Source: Dehalococcoidia bacterium (GTDB taxonomy: Bacteria > Chloroflexota > Dehalococcoidia > UBA2979). Taken from it: DNA of 64,000 nt. The DNA lies in the NCBI GenBank assembly GCA_965219085.1, contig OZ244720.1, positions 1,536,001 to 1,600,000 of the forward strand, in the 5' to 3' direction. This document shows positions 1 through 13,319 of the stretch, piece by piece. The notes beneath the pieces are model-generated. The model did not search any database and was not told the origin of the DNA. It saw nothing but the letters and a program-made list of their open reading frames with translations. Made by a program: the position numbers and the translations under genes. Within the stretch, counting starts at the first letter, position 1. Every line of letters starts with the position of its first letter.

Positions 1-96
1 GTGAAGAAGCGGTGCGACCGCTGCCAGATCATCCGGCGACACGGCCGGTTGCGCGTGATCTGCGTGATCCCGCGACACCGCCAGCGCCAGGGTTAG
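1..96 (+). CDS. rpmJ: 50S ribosomal protein L36 (5'-truncated by window)
   Basis: Frame 1 reads [31 protein letters not shown], with the zinc-ribbon CxxC...C...H; lies directly upstream of rpsM. Confidence 0.95.
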   Translation: MKKRCDRCQIIRRHGRLRVICVIPRHRQRQG

Positions 97-134
97 AACA
101 CGAGACGAAGCGGACTGGGCGAGGAGGACGGACG

Positions 135-518
135 ATGGCACGAATAGCCGGCGTCGACATCCCCAACGACAAGCGTCTGGAGTTCTCACTGCCGTACGTG
201 TACGGCATCGGCCGCTCGCGGACGAAGCAGATCGCGAAGCAGATCAACATCCCGCTCGACAAGATGGTCGGCGACCTCACCGAGGAAGAGCTCGTGCGCC
301 TGCGCGCGGTCGTCGAGGGTGAGTACATGGTCGAGGGTGACCTGCGGCGCGACGTGCGGCAGAACATCCAGCGGCTGATCGAGATCAACTGTTACCGGGG
401 GTTCCGCCATCGGCGCGGGCTGCCGGTGCGAGGCCAGCGCACGCGCACCAACGCGCGCACGCGCCGAGGCTCGAAGCGCACCGTCGCCGGCAAGCGACGC
501 GTGGCGCGCAAGAAGTAA
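135..518 (+). CDS. rpsM: 30S ribosomal protein S13
   Basis: [10 protein letters not shown]...[14 protein letters not shown]; GAGGAGG RBS before ATG135. Confidence 0.98.
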   Translation: MARIAGVDIPNDKRLEFSLPYVYGIGRSRTKQIAKQINIPLDKMVGDLTEEELVRLRAVVEGEYMVEGDLRRDVRQNIQRLIEINCYRGFRHRRGLPVRGQRTRTNARTRRGSKRTVAGKRRVARKK

Positions 519-533
519 GGGAGCGCGCGACAT

Positions 534-917
534 ATGGGAGGCCGGCGCGGACGGCGACGCGAACGCAAATCGATCCCGAGAGGGCGGGCGTATATCCGCT
601 CGACGTTCAACAACACCCTGATCACCATGACCGACCCGAACGGGAACGTCGTGGCGTGGGGCTCGGGCGGCACCGCGGGATTCCGTGGTTCGCGCAAGAG
701 CACGCCGTACGCGGCGCAACTCGCGGCCGAGGGCGCCGCGCAGACAGCGATCGAGAACGGCATGCGCGAGATCGAGGTCTACGTGCGCGGGCCGGGAGCC
801 GGCCGCGAGGCCGCGGTACGCGCACTGCAGGCCACCGGGCTGCGCGTCTCCTCGATCCGCGACACCACGCCGATCCCGCACAACGGCTGCCGCCAGCGGC
901 GCCGGCCGCGGACGTAG
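534..917 (+). CDS. rpsK: 30S ribosomal protein S11
   Basis: [34 protein letters not shown]. Confidence 0.98.
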   Translation: MGGRRGRRRERKSIPRGRAYIRSTFNNTLITMTDPNGNVVAWGSGGTAGFRGSRKSTPYAAQLAAEGAAQTAIENGMREIEVYVRGPGAGREAAVRALQATGLRVSSIRDTTPIPHNGCRQRRRPRT

Positions 918-931
918 GGCGGGTAGCGCTC

Positions 932-1540
932 ATGGCTCGATACACCGGCCCCAGGGTCAAGAAGGCACGGCGCTACGGCGCGCCGATCTTCGCCAACGCA
1001 GCGGTGCTGCGCATGCGGCGGCAGGGCCCGCCCGGCGCGCGTCCCGCCCGCAGGCGCAAGATCTCCGACCGCGGCCTCCAACTCATCGAGAAGCAGAAGG
1101 TGCGTTTCGCCTATGGGCTGATGGAGAAGCAGTTCCGGCGCTACTACGAGCGCGCCGCGGCGCGCCCGGGCGTGACCGGCGACAACCTCATGGCCTCGCT
1201 CGAACGGCGCCTCGATAACGTCGTGTACCGCATGGGCTTCGGGGGCACGCGGGCGCAGGCGCGCCAGCTGGTGACGCACGGCTTGATCGCCGTCAACGGC
1301 AAGAAGCTGGACGTGCCGAGCGCGGCGACGTCGATCGGCGATCGTGTGGGCTTCTCGGATCGAGGCAAGCGCTCGAAGTACATCGATATCGTCAGGGAAG
1401 AGGTCCAGGGGCGCGAAGTGCCCGGCTGGATCGAAGTCGACCGCGATGCGCTGGAGGGACGCGTGTCGGGTGCGCCCGGCACGGGGGACGTCGAGCCCTT
1501 TTTCAACCCCAGCGCCATCGTCGAGTACTACTCACGCTAG
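932..1540 (+). CDS. rpsD: 30S ribosomal protein S4
   Basis: MARYTGP...LERRLDNVVYRMGF...IVEYYSR. Confidence 0.97.
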   Translation: MARYTGPRVKKARRYGAPIFANAAVLRMRRQGPPGARPARRRKISDRGLQLIEKQKVRFAYGLMEKQFRRYYERAAARPGVTGDNLMASLERRLDNVVYRMGFGGTRAQARQLVTHGLIAVNGKKLDVPSAATSIGDRVGFSDRGKRSKYIDIVREEVQGREVPGWIEVDRDALEGRVSGAPGTGDVEPFFNPSAIVEYYSR

Positions 1541-1597
1541 CAACAGGGCGGCCGAGCCGGACGGCCTGCCGCCACTACCACGCAGCGAGGTGTTTCA

Positions 1598-2710
1598 TTG
1601 GCTGCTGAACTGCAGAGCCCGGAGCTTCGGGTCGAGGACCAGAACTCGGACTACGTGAAGCTCGTGATGGAGCCGCTCGAGTCCGGCTTCGGCACGACTG
1701 TGGGTAACGCGCTCAGGCGCGTGCTGCTGTCGTCGTTGCCGGGCGCGGCGATTACGTCCGTACGCATCGAGGGCGTCGACCACGAGTTCTCGACCGTCGA
1801 CCACATGCAGGAGGACGTGACCGAGCTGCTGCTCAACCTCAAGGAGGTGCGCCTGCGCGCCTTCGCGGACCGGCCCGCGCGGCTGTTCCTGGAGGCAAGC
1901 GGCGAGACGGAGGTGCGCGCCGGAGACGTGCGCGCCACCGCGGACTACGAGGTCATCAATCCCGACCTGCATGTCGCGACGCTCGATAGCCCCGAGGCTT
2001 CGCTCGTCGTCGACCTCAACGTCGAGACCGGGCGCGGGTACACGCCGGCGGCGATGGCCGAAGGCCTGCCGATTGGCGTCATCCCCATCGACGCGCTGTT
2101 CACGCCGGTGCGGCGGGTCAACTACCACGTCTCCAACACCCGCGTGGGACAGGACACCAACTACGACCGCCTCGAGATCGAGGTGTGGACGGACGGCACC
2201 GTCGGCGGCGAGCAGGCGATCTCGATGGCCGCGGATATCCTCCGCGACCAGCTCCAGCCGCTCCAGTTGCTCGGTCACACCGAGCCGGAGCCGGAGCGCG
2301 TCGCGACGGATGCCGCGCGCCCCTTCGACGGCTACGAGACGCCGATCGAGGAACTCGAACTGTCGGTGCGCGCCTACAACTGCCTCAAGCGCTCCGGGCT
2401 GACCACGGTCGGCGCTATCCTCGAGCGCTCCGAGGAGGAACTGCTGGCGCTGCGCAACTTCGGGGAGAAGTCCTACGAGGAGCTGCGCGACAAGCTGACC
2501 GAGCACGGGTTCCCGTCCCCGCGCGGCGACGCGCGGCGTCAGGCCGAGCCCGCGGCGGTCGCCGAGCCGGTCGCGGCCGGTGCGGGGATGACCAGCGAGG
2601 CGCCCGCGGCCGAGGAAGAAGAGGCCGGTGTGGGTTCGCTCGGGGCGGCGCTGATCCAGGCGCTGCGTGAGGCCGGCGAGGATCCCTCGGACCTCGTCGA
2701 GGCCGAGTAG
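1598..2710 (+). CDS. rpoA: RNA polymerase alpha subunit
   Basis: EPLESGFGTTVGNALRRVLLSS; LELSVRAYNCLKR alpha-CTD; TTG start. Confidence 0.97.
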   Translation: MAAELQSPELRVEDQNSDYVKLVMEPLESGFGTTVGNALRRVLLSSLPGAAITSVRIEGVDHEFSTVDHMQEDVTELLLNLKEVRLRAFADRPARLFLEASGETEVRAGDVRATADYEVINPDLHVATLDSPEASLVVDLNVETGRGYTPAAMAEGLPIGVIPIDALFTPVRRVNYHVSNTRVGQDTNYDRLEIEVWTDGTVGGEQAISMAADILRDQLQPLQLLGHTEPEPERVATDAARPFDGYETPIEELELSVRAYNCLKRSGLTTVGAILERSEEELLALRNFGEKSYEELRDKLTEHGFPSPRGDARRQAEPAAVAEPVAAGAGMTSEAPAAEEEEAGVGSLGAALIQALREAGEDPSDLVEAE

Positions 2711-2748
2711 CGGCAACGAACACGGACGGCAGAGGCAGGTAGCGAGTT

Positions 2749-3099
2749 ATGCGCCACAAGGTCGACGGCCGGAAGTTCGATATGCCCACCGCGCAGCGGA
2801 TGGCCATGCTGCGCAACCTCACCACCGACGTGCTGCGTTACGGCTCGGTGCAGACCACCGAGGCGCGCGCCAAGGAAGCACGCCGATTCGTCGACCGCAT
2901 GGTCACGCTCGGCAAGCGCGGCACGCTGCACGCACGCCGTCAGGCGCTCGCGTTCGTCTACGACCCGAAGGTCGTGCAGCGGCTGTTCGACGAGCTCGCG
3001 CCGCAGTACGCGAACCGGCCCGGCGGCTACACGCGCGTCCAGAAGCTGGGCCAGCGCAAAGGCGACGGCTCGCGCATGGCGAAGCTGGAGTTGGTGTAG
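2749..3099 (+). CDS. rplQ: 50S ribosomal protein L17
   Basis: MRH...TTEARAKE...RPGGYTR...RKGDG. Confidence 0.98.
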   Translation: MRHKVDGRKFDMPTAQRMAMLRNLTTDVLRYGSVQTTEARAKEARRFVDRMVTLGKRGTLHARRQALAFVYDPKVVQRLFDELAPQYANRPGGYTRVQKLGQRKGDGSRMAKLELV

Positions 3100-3105
3100 G
3101 CGCCC

Positions 3106-3927
3106 GTGGACACCCTGCGACGCGTCGCACTGCTCGTTGAGTACGACGGGACGGAGTTCTCCGGCTCGCAACTGCAGCCGGGCCGCCGCACCGTGCAGGG
3201 CGCCATCGAAGACGCCGTCTATGCCTACGACGCCGAGCCGGACGCGGAGCCGCGCAGGGCCGCCCTGGCCGGGCGTACCGACGCCGCCGTGCACGCCCGC
3301 GGCCAGGTCGCGGCCATCGACCTCAACCGCCGCGACGACCTCGCCACGGTGCGGGACGCCATCAACCACTACCTGCCCGATGACGTGGCGGTGCTGGCGG
3401 CGGCCGACGTCGACGCTTCGTTCGACCCTCGGCGCTGCGCCACATCGCGCTGCTACCGCTACCGCATCGAGGACGGACGGCCGCGCTCGCCGCTGAGCCG
3501 CCGCGACCGCTGGCAGGTGCGCAAGCGCCTCGACGATGGCGCGATGGCGGAGGCTGCGGCGCTGCTGCCGCGCGACGAACGAGACTGGTCGGCGTTCGCG
3601 AGCCCGCTCGATGAGGGGCGCTCGCCGCTGCGCACGCTGCACCACCTCTCGGTGGTGCGCACGGGCACGCACGCCATTGAGATCACGATGGAGGCGGACG
3701 CGTTTCTGCCTCACCAGGTACGGCGCACGGCGGGCGCGCTTGAGCGCGTCGGCGGCGGCGCGTGCACGCCGGAGGCGTTCGCGGCGCTGGTGGACGGCGA
3801 GGTGGCGAGCGTGGGCCCGACGGCCCCGCCGCAGGGGCTCACGCTGGAGGCGGTGCGCTACGCGCCGGACCTCCCGGCGTGGGATTGTGACAACACGGCA
3901 CCGGGCGGTGCGGGAGGTCCGAGGTGA
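3106..3927 (+). CDS. truA: tRNA pseudouridine(38-40) synthase
   Basis: YDGTEFSGSQ, AGRTDAAVHARGQV, TAPPQGLTL. Confidence 0.96.
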   Translation: MDTLRRVALLVEYDGTEFSGSQLQPGRRTVQGAIEDAVYAYDAEPDAEPRRAALAGRTDAAVHARGQVAAIDLNRRDDLATVRDAINHYLPDDVAVLAAADVDASFDPRRCATSRCYRYRIEDGRPRSPLSRRDRWQVRKRLDDGAMAEAAALLPRDERDWSAFASPLDEGRSPLRTLHHLSVVRTGTHAIEITMEADAFLPHQVRRTAGALERVGGGACTPEAFAALVDGEVASVGPTAPPQGLTLEAVRYAPDLPAWDCDNTAPGGAGGPR

Positions 3928-4688
3928 CGACGAAGACGTACCGGCTGCGCGCGTCCGACATCGAGCGCAAGTGGCACGTGCTGGACGCCAGCGGGCGGCC
4001 GCTCGGCCGCATCGCGAGCGACGCGGCGCGCCTGCTGCTGGGCAAGCACAAGCCGACCTACGAGCCGCACCTGGCGATGGGCGACCACGTGATCGTCGTC
4101 AACGCGGGCGAGGTGATCCTGACCGGCAACAAGGCGAGCCAGAAGACCTACTACCGGCACTCCGGCCACCCGGGCAACCTGCACGCGCGCTCGTTCGAGC
4201 AGCAGATGGAGCGCGACCCGCGCAAGGTCATCGAGATCGCCGTGCGCGGGATGCTCCCGCACAACGTGCGCGGCCGCGAGCTGTTCCGGCACCTGAAGGT
4301 CTACGCCGGCCCCGAACACCCGCACGAGGCGCAGGTCAACGCCGGTACGGGCGCCCGCGCCCGGCGCCGCGCGGCGGCCGAGGCCCGCGCGGCTGCCGCG
4401 CCCGCCCCGGCCGTCGAGATCGAGGAGCCTGTCGCCGAGGAGCCGATGGTCGAGGAGCCGACCGTCGAGGAGCCCGTGGCCGAGGCGCCCGGCGAGGCAG
4501 CCGGGGAGGCCACGAGCGAGGCGGCGCCGGCGCGCCTGACCGGCTCGCTGTCGCGCTACCGCCGTGACGAGCTGGACGCCGAGGCGGAACGGCTCGGCTT
4601 CACCATCGAGTCGGAATGGCGCAAGGGCGACGTGGTCGAGGCCATCTCAGCGCACTACGAGGCGAACCCGCTGGACGAGGAAGAGTAG
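3924..4688 (+). CDS. rplM: 50S ribosomal protein L13 with long acidic C-terminal extension
   Basis: WHVLDA...LGRIAS...GKHKPTY...GDHVIVVNA...AVRGMLP...YAGPEHPHEAQ, then about 105 extra residues. Confidence 0.97.
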   Translation: MTTKTYRLRASDIERKWHVLDASGRPLGRIASDAARLLLGKHKPTYEPHLAMGDHVIVVNAGEVILTGNKASQKTYYRHSGHPGNLHARSFEQQMERDPRKVIEIAVRGMLPHNVRGRELFRHLKVYAGPEHPHEAQVNAGTGARARRRAAAEARAAAAPAPAVEIEEPVAEEPMVEEPTVEEPVAEAPGEAAGEATSEAAPARLTGSLSRYRRDELDAEAERLGFTIESEWRKGDVVEAISAHYEANPLDEEE

Positions 4689-4691
4689 ACG

Positions 4692-5093
4692 ATGACGACT
4701 GACGCGCAGCACTACTACTACGGCCTCGGCAGACGCAAGGCGGCGGTCGCGCGGGTGCGGCTCTACCCCGGCAACGGAGCGGTGGTCGTGAACGGGCGGC
4801 CGCTCGAAGACGTGATCTTCCGGGCCTCGCAGCGCCAGGACATGATGCTCCCGCTCACCATCACCGAGACGGCGGGGCGCTTCAACGTGCAGGCGATGGT
4901 GAAGGGCGGCGGCGTGACCGGCTGGACCGGCGCGCTCCGCCTGGGCATCGCGCGCGCGCTCCTCGCGGCCGACGAGGGCTACCGCCGGACGCTGCGGCAG
5001 AACGGGCTGCTGACGCGCGACGCGCGGGTGAAGGAGCGCAAGAAGCCGGGCCTGAAGCGCGCCCGCAAGGCTCCGCAGTTCACCAAGCGCTAG
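4692..5093 (+). CDS. rpsI: 30S ribosomal protein S9
   Basis: [10 protein letters not shown]...[26 protein letters not shown]. Confidence 0.98.
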   Translation: MTTDAQHYYYGLGRRKAAVARVRLYPGNGAVVVNGRPLEDVIFRASQRQDMMLPLTITETAGRFNVQAMVKGGGVTGWTGALRLGIARALLAADEGYRRTLRQNGLLTRDARVKERKKPGLKRARKAPQFTKR

Positions 5094-5119
5094 CGAGCGA
5101 GTCCTCGGGACACTCGAGC

Positions 5120-5147
5120 CCGGGGCGGCATTGCCGCCCCGTTACTT
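5120..5147. terminator. Hairpin terminator between convergent rpsI and PGM genes
   Basis: CGGGGCGGCA-T-TGCCGCCCCG followed by TTACTT. Confidence 0.65.
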
Positions 5148-5274
5148 GTCATTCCGTCGTGGCGGGGGTTCATCGACGCTGCACGGGCCCAGATATACGC
5201 AAAGCCCCCGAAGGGGCTTCGCACCCGGCCCGCGAACCGACCGGGGGAGTGCCTTAACTGTGCTACGGAACGAC
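5148..5274 (-). ncRNA. Unassigned rod-like structured RNA candidate
   Basis: On the minus strand the termini GUCGUUCCGU/ACGGAAUGAC pair, inner GCGGGCC/GGCCCGU pairs, and the apex is AAGCCCC-UUCG-GGGGCUU. Confidence 0.45.
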
Positions 5275-5282
5275 GCAGTTCG

Positions 5283-6695
5283 TCAAGGTACGCCCGCGAT
5301 GCGCTGCCCCTCGCGCAGCGCCGCCTGCACCAGGTTCGTCGACGGCATCTCCGCGTAGATCCGCAGCAGCGGCTCCGTGCCGCTGAACCGCAGCAGCAGC
5401 CACCACCCGCCCTCGAGCGTGAAGCGGTAGCCGTCCAGCGTGTCCTTCGAGGTGACCGCGAGGCCCGCGATCGTTGACGGCTCCGCAGCAGCGACGCGCG
5501 CGGCGATGGCGTCGCGGTCTTCGGGGCGGAGTGCGATGTCGACGCGGTCGTACTCGTGGTGGCCGACCTCCTCGTACAGCTCCGCGAGGAGCTGCGAGGG
5601 CGGCTTGCCGGTGCGCACGACGTAGTCGAGCAGCAGCAGGCCGGACAGGATGCCGTCGCGTTCCGGGATGTGGCCGCGGAACGCGTAGCCGCCCGACTCC
5701 TCGCCGGCCACGAGCGCGTCTTCCTCGATCATCTTCGGGCCGAGGAACTTGAACCCGACCGCCGTCTCGTGCACCGGGACGCCGAAGCGCTCGCCGAGGC
5801 GGTCGATCATCCGCGTCGAGGTGATCGAGCGCACGAACGCGCCGCGCTCGCCGCGCACATCGAGCAGGTAGCGCACGAGCAGCGCGAACGCCTGGTGCTG
5901 GTTGAGGAACGCGCCCCGCTCGTCGACGAGACCGAGGCGGTCGCCGTCGCCGTCGGTGGCGAGGCCGATGTCGTAGCCGCCGCCCTCGACGATGTCGAGC
6001 AGCGCGCCGAGGTTCCGTGCGATCGGCTCCGGCGCGTGCATGCCGGGGAACGCCGGGTTCGGCTCGCCACGCAGCTCGTGCACCGTCGTCGCGCCCTCGC
6101 CGAGCACGCGCGCCGTGAGGCCGCCCGCCGCGCCGTGCATCGAGTCGACGGCGACGCGCAGCCCAGCGGCACGGATGCGCTCGACGTCTACGAACGCGCG
6201 CAATGCCTCGACGTACTCGGGGCGCGGGTCGAAGCGCTCGATCGCGCCGTCCCGGACGGCACGGTGGACGCCGCCTCCGGCGAGGATGGCCGGGATGTCC
6301 CGCTCGATCTCCGAGGTGACCTCGGGCGGGGCGGAGTTGCCGACCGCCTGCTTCACCTTGAAGCCGTTCCACTCCGCGGGGTTGTGGCTGGAGGTGATGA
6401 CCACGCCCGCCCCGGCCCCTCGATGCCGCACGGCGTGCGAGATGGCGGGTGTCGGAGCGGCCGCCGACGCAAGCCCGACGGTGATGCCGTTGCCGGCGAG
6501 TACCTCGGCCACCGCCTGCGCGAACTCCGCCGAAAGGAAGCGCGTGTCGTAGCCGACGACGGCGCCACTGGCGGCGAGGCCGGCGCGCTGCATCCACGCG
6601 GCCGTGGCCTGCGCGACCGCGCGCACGTTGTCGAAGGTGAAGTCCTCGCCGATGACCGCGCGCCAGCCGTCGGTGCCGAAGCGGATCTCGGCCAT
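5283..6695 (-). CDS. Phosphoglucomutase/phosphomannomutase family protein
   Basis: FGTDGWR, TSSHNP, DGDGDR, GEESGG, RFSGTEP; true start MAEIRFG at 6695. Confidence 0.95.
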   Translation of the reverse strand: MAEIRFGTDGWRAVIGEDFTFDNVRAVAQATAAWMQRAGLAASGAVVGYDTRFLSAEFAQAVAEVLAGNGITVGLASAAAPTPAISHAVRHRGAGAGVVITSSHNPAEWNGFKVKQAVGNSAPPEVTSEIERDIPAILAGGGVHRAVRDGAIERFDPRPEYVEALRAFVDVERIRAAGLRVAVDSMHGAAGGLTARVLGEGATTVHELRGEPNPAFPGMHAPEPIARNLGALLDIVEGGGYDIGLATDGDGDRLGLVDERGAFLNQHQAFALLVRYLLDVRGERGAFVRSITSTRMIDRLGERFGVPVHETAVGFKFLGPKMIEEDALVAGEESGGYAFRGHIPERDGILSGLLLLDYVVRTGKPPSQLLAELYEEVGHHEYDRVDIALRPEDRDAIAARVAAAEPSTIAGLAVTSKDTLDGYRFTLEGGWWLLLRFSGTEPLLRIYAEMPSTNLVQAALREGQRIAGVP

Positions 6696-7759
6696 CAGGC
6701 GCCGCGGCTGCCTGCCGCGGGGTGCACCGTGCCGTCGCGGAACACGGCGTCCGAGTCGATCTCGATGCCCGCTGGCGGCCGCTCTCCCGCGGCCACCTCG
6801 GCGCCGTGCCCGAGCACCGCGTCGCCGAGCACCGCGCCCGCGCCGACGCGCGCGCCGCTCGCGAGCACGCAGCGATCGACGCGCGCGCCCGCGCCGATGT
6901 GCACGCCGTCCCACAGCACACTCGACGTGACGAGTGCGCCCGCGCCGATACGGCATTCGGCCCCGGCGACCACACCCAGCCCGAGCATCGCGGACGCGGC
7001 AACGGTCGCGCCCGTGGCGACCAGCGCCGGAAAACCCTCGGCCGCGAGTGCCGGCGCGTCGCCGCGCAGCAAGTCGATATTGGTCTGGAGGTAGGCCGCC
7101 GATGTGCCCACGTCGGCCCAGTACCCGTAGTGGCGGAACCCGACGATGGCGCGCCCGCCGTCGGCCATGCCGGGGAACAGCTCGTCCTCGACGCGGTTGA
7201 ACCGGGTCGCGTCGAGTTCGCGTGCGACGTGCGGCTCGAACAGCCACACGCCCGCGTTGATGAGGTTGGAGGGGGCCTCGGCCGGCGGGGGCTTCTCGAC
7301 GAAGCGTGTGATGCGGTCGCCGTCGAGCGCGACGACGCCGAAGCGCGAGGGGTCGTCGACCTCGTACAGCGCGATCGACAGCTCCGCTGCGCGCGCGCGG
7401 TGTGCCTCGACCATCGCGCCGAGGTTGATGTCGCAGACGAGGTCGCCGTTGCAGACCAGGAACGGCTCGTCCCACCCGGCCGCGCAGGTCGCGATCGCGC
7501 CGCCGGAGCCAAGTGGCTCCCCCTCGTACACCCGCTCGATGGAGAGCCCGAGGTGCGCGCCGTCCCCGAACGCATCCTCGATCGCCTCGTCGGGAGCGGT
7601 CATCGCGAGCGTGACATCGCGTACGCCGTGGAGCTGCAGCCGCCGCAGCAGGTACTCGAGCAGCGGGCGGTTGAGGATCGGGACGAGCTGCTTGAGCGTG
7701 CGCGGGGTGAGCGGGCGGAGGCGCGTGCCGCGCCCACCCACGAGTACGATCGCCTTCAT
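6695..7759 (-). CDS. NDP-sugar pyrophosphorylase (mannose-1-phosphate guanylyltransferase-like) with C-terminal left-handed beta-helix
   Basis: MKAIVLVGGRGTRLRPLT, FVEKP, YWADVGT, hexapeptide repeats. Confidence 0.92.
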   Translation of the reverse strand: MKAIVLVGGRGTRLRPLTPRTLKQLVPILNRPLLEYLLRRLQLHGVRDVTLAMTAPDEAIEDAFGDGAHLGLSIERVYEGEPLGSGGAIATCAAGWDEPFLVCNGDLVCDINLGAMVEAHRARAAELSIALYEVDDPSRFGVVALDGDRITRFVEKPPPAEAPSNLINAGVWLFEPHVARELDATRFNRVEDELFPGMADGGRAIVGFRHYGYWADVGTSAAYLQTNIDLLRGDAPALAAEGFPALVATGATVAASAMLGLGVVAGAECRIGAGALVTSSVLWDGVHIGAGARVDRCVLASGARVGAGAVLGDAVLGHGAEVAAGERPPAGIEIDSDAVFRDGTVHPAAGSRGA

Positions 7760-8144
7760 GTTGGGGCCCCCACCGCGGCCCTCGATCCAAGAGCGCGCGT
7801 TGACCTCGTGGGGCATCGTACAACCCGCCGCGGCAGGGGCAAATGAGACGATCGGCTCCTTTGACCGACGAGGGCCGAGGGGGCGCGCAGAGCGCCCTTC
7901 GGTACTTAGGTTAGAATCTCCTACGAATAGTTACACGTCTGCGAAACACCAGACGCTGGACATATTGAACTCGGATACGTCGGTAATTCACCAATGTATT
8001 CCTCCAATGCCGCGAGCCTCGCCTAGTCGACCGACCCTAAGGGGCATCGCTGCCTCTGAGAGCTAGGTTCGATGGCTCAATTTCAAATCGCCTAGGTGCC
8101 ATCAAAGGGATCCGGCACCTACGTGCGCCAGTATACTCCATCTC

Positions 8145-8885
8145 GTGAGAACTCGATTGCTCTTGGCTGTGGCCATAGCCTCCTTGGCCCTGCTCGGCGC
8201 AGCTGGCTACGCCGCCTACGGCGCCAATCACGAAGCTGAGGTGCGCATCGTCGCGCGTCGACTTGACGACGGGCGCACCGAGTTCGGCCTGCAGCAACGC
8301 GGCACCGACGGGGAGTGGGCCGAACGCCGGTTGCCCACGCGCAGATTCTTCCCTGCCGATCCTGGGCATGGACGTTGGGTTTCCAGTTCTCCGCTGTCGG
8401 TTGCCCCGCCCCCTCAGGAGCCATTCGAGGGAAGCGGCACCATGAATGGGGTTGCGTTCTACACGTCGGAGGACAAGTTCACGGATCGCATTGGGACGCG
8501 CATATCCATCGACGAGCTGGGGGAAGGTGGAGCGTATAGTAGAAAAGCTGAATTGACGATGGTGTGTAACTGGCTCGGAGAGGTGGAGCTCTTCTTCGTG
8601 ATATTTGAACCTCTTGAAGACTACGATGATGAGGAGGTTCAGGTCACGTACCGGCTCGACGAGGCGACTCAAATCGTTGAGAAGTGGCGTATCGGCGATC
8701 TTGTCCAAATTGCTACATACCTGTCCCCCTCTGAATCGAGCGCGTTCTATGACGACCTACGCGATGTCGAGACGTTGCTCATACGGTTGCGTATACGTGA
8801 CCGAGGCGCGCAAACCTTTACGTTCGATGTGTCGGATTTCTTCAATACACCCGCTCAGGGAAATATCGATCAGTGCGGGCCATAG
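8145..8885 (+). CDS. Secreted hypothetical protein in a lower-GC patch
   Basis: 246-aa ORF with signal peptide; TATACT 7 nt before the GTG start. Confidence 0.75.
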   Translation: MRTRLLLAVAIASLALLGAAGYAAYGANHEAEVRIVARRLDDGRTEFGLQQRGTDGEWAERRLPTRRFFPADPGHGRWVSSSPLSVAPPPQEPFEGSGTMNGVAFYTSEDKFTDRIGTRISIDELGEGGAYSRKAELTMVCNWLGEVELFFVIFEPLEDYDDEEVQVTYRLDEATQIVEKWRIGDLVQIATYLSPSESSAFYDDLRDVETLLIRLRIRDRGAQTFTFDVSDFFNTPAQGNIDQCGP

Positions 8886-8950
8886 GCTGAGCGCCTGAGC
8901 CCAACTGGACGGCACTCCGTCTCCTTGCCAGCGGCTACGCGGCTCTCGCG

Positions 8951-12388
<3,438 letters not shown>

Positions 12389-12392
<4 letters not shown>

Positions 12393-13291
12393 GGCCCCTC
12401 TCCCTCGGGTGTCCCGCCATCGGCCGGGCCCCAGTAGCGGTCGACGAGCAGCGCAAGGCGGCTGCGTGTCTCGGCGGGCACGAGCTGTGGCGCCGTCATC
12501 AGCGCCGACGCGAGCGCGCTGCCACACCCGCACGGGCGGCCGTCCCCGATGCCCTCGATCGCCGCCGCGAGGATCGAGCGCGCACGGGCGGTGTTCTCGC
12601 GCAGCACGCGCATGACGAGATCGGCGCTGACGTCGTCCTCGTGCGCGTGCCACACGTCGTAATCGGTAACGAAGCAGATCGATGCGTAGCAGAGCTCGGC
12701 CTCGCGGGCGAGGCGGGCTTCGGGAAGCGCGGTCATGCCGATGATGTCCGCGCCCCACGAGCGGAACAGCTGAGACTCCGCGCGCGTCGAGAACGCGGGG
12801 CCCTCGATGACCACCAGCGTGCCGCCCTCGTGCGCCGTCGCGCCCACGCCGATTGCCGCGTTGGCGAGTTGGTGCGAGAGCGCCTGGCAGAACGGGTCGG
12901 CCAGCCCGACGTGCGCAACGAGGCCGTCGCCGAAGAAGCTCGGCGGCCGTCCGCGCGTGCGGTCGATGAGCTGGTTCGGCACCACCGCGTGCCCCGGCGC
13001 GATGTGCTGCTGTAGCGAGCCGACGGCCGAGGCGGCGAAGAGCCGCTCGACGCCGAGCTGGCGGAAGCCGTGGATGTTCGCGCGCGCGGGCAGCTCGTGG
13101 GGCAACAGCGTGTGCCCCTCGCCGTGGCGGGCGAGGAACGCGACGCGCTTCCCGCGCAGCGAGCCGACCACGTACGGCCCGCTCGGCTTCCCGAACGGCG
13201 TGTCGAGATCGACGCGTTCCGGCGCCTCGAGGGCGTCGAGCGCGTAGAAGCCGGAGCCGCCGATGACGCCGATCTCGGGCGTCGCGGTCAC
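12389..13291 (-). CDS. mtnP: S-methyl-5'-thioadenosine phosphorylase
   Basis: IGVIGGSG, FLARHG, IEGPAFSTRAES, GMTALPEA, VTDYDVW. Confidence 0.95.
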
Positions 13292-13319
13292 CTTCGCGCC
13301 TCCTTCGTCGACCCGACCG

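Noticed and set aside
5283-7823. 846-aa fusion ORF, and similar upstream extensions of metK, nuoB, nuoM, glnA and capA
   Set aside because: Extensions are shadow frames overlapping genuine neighbouring genes in high-GC DNA
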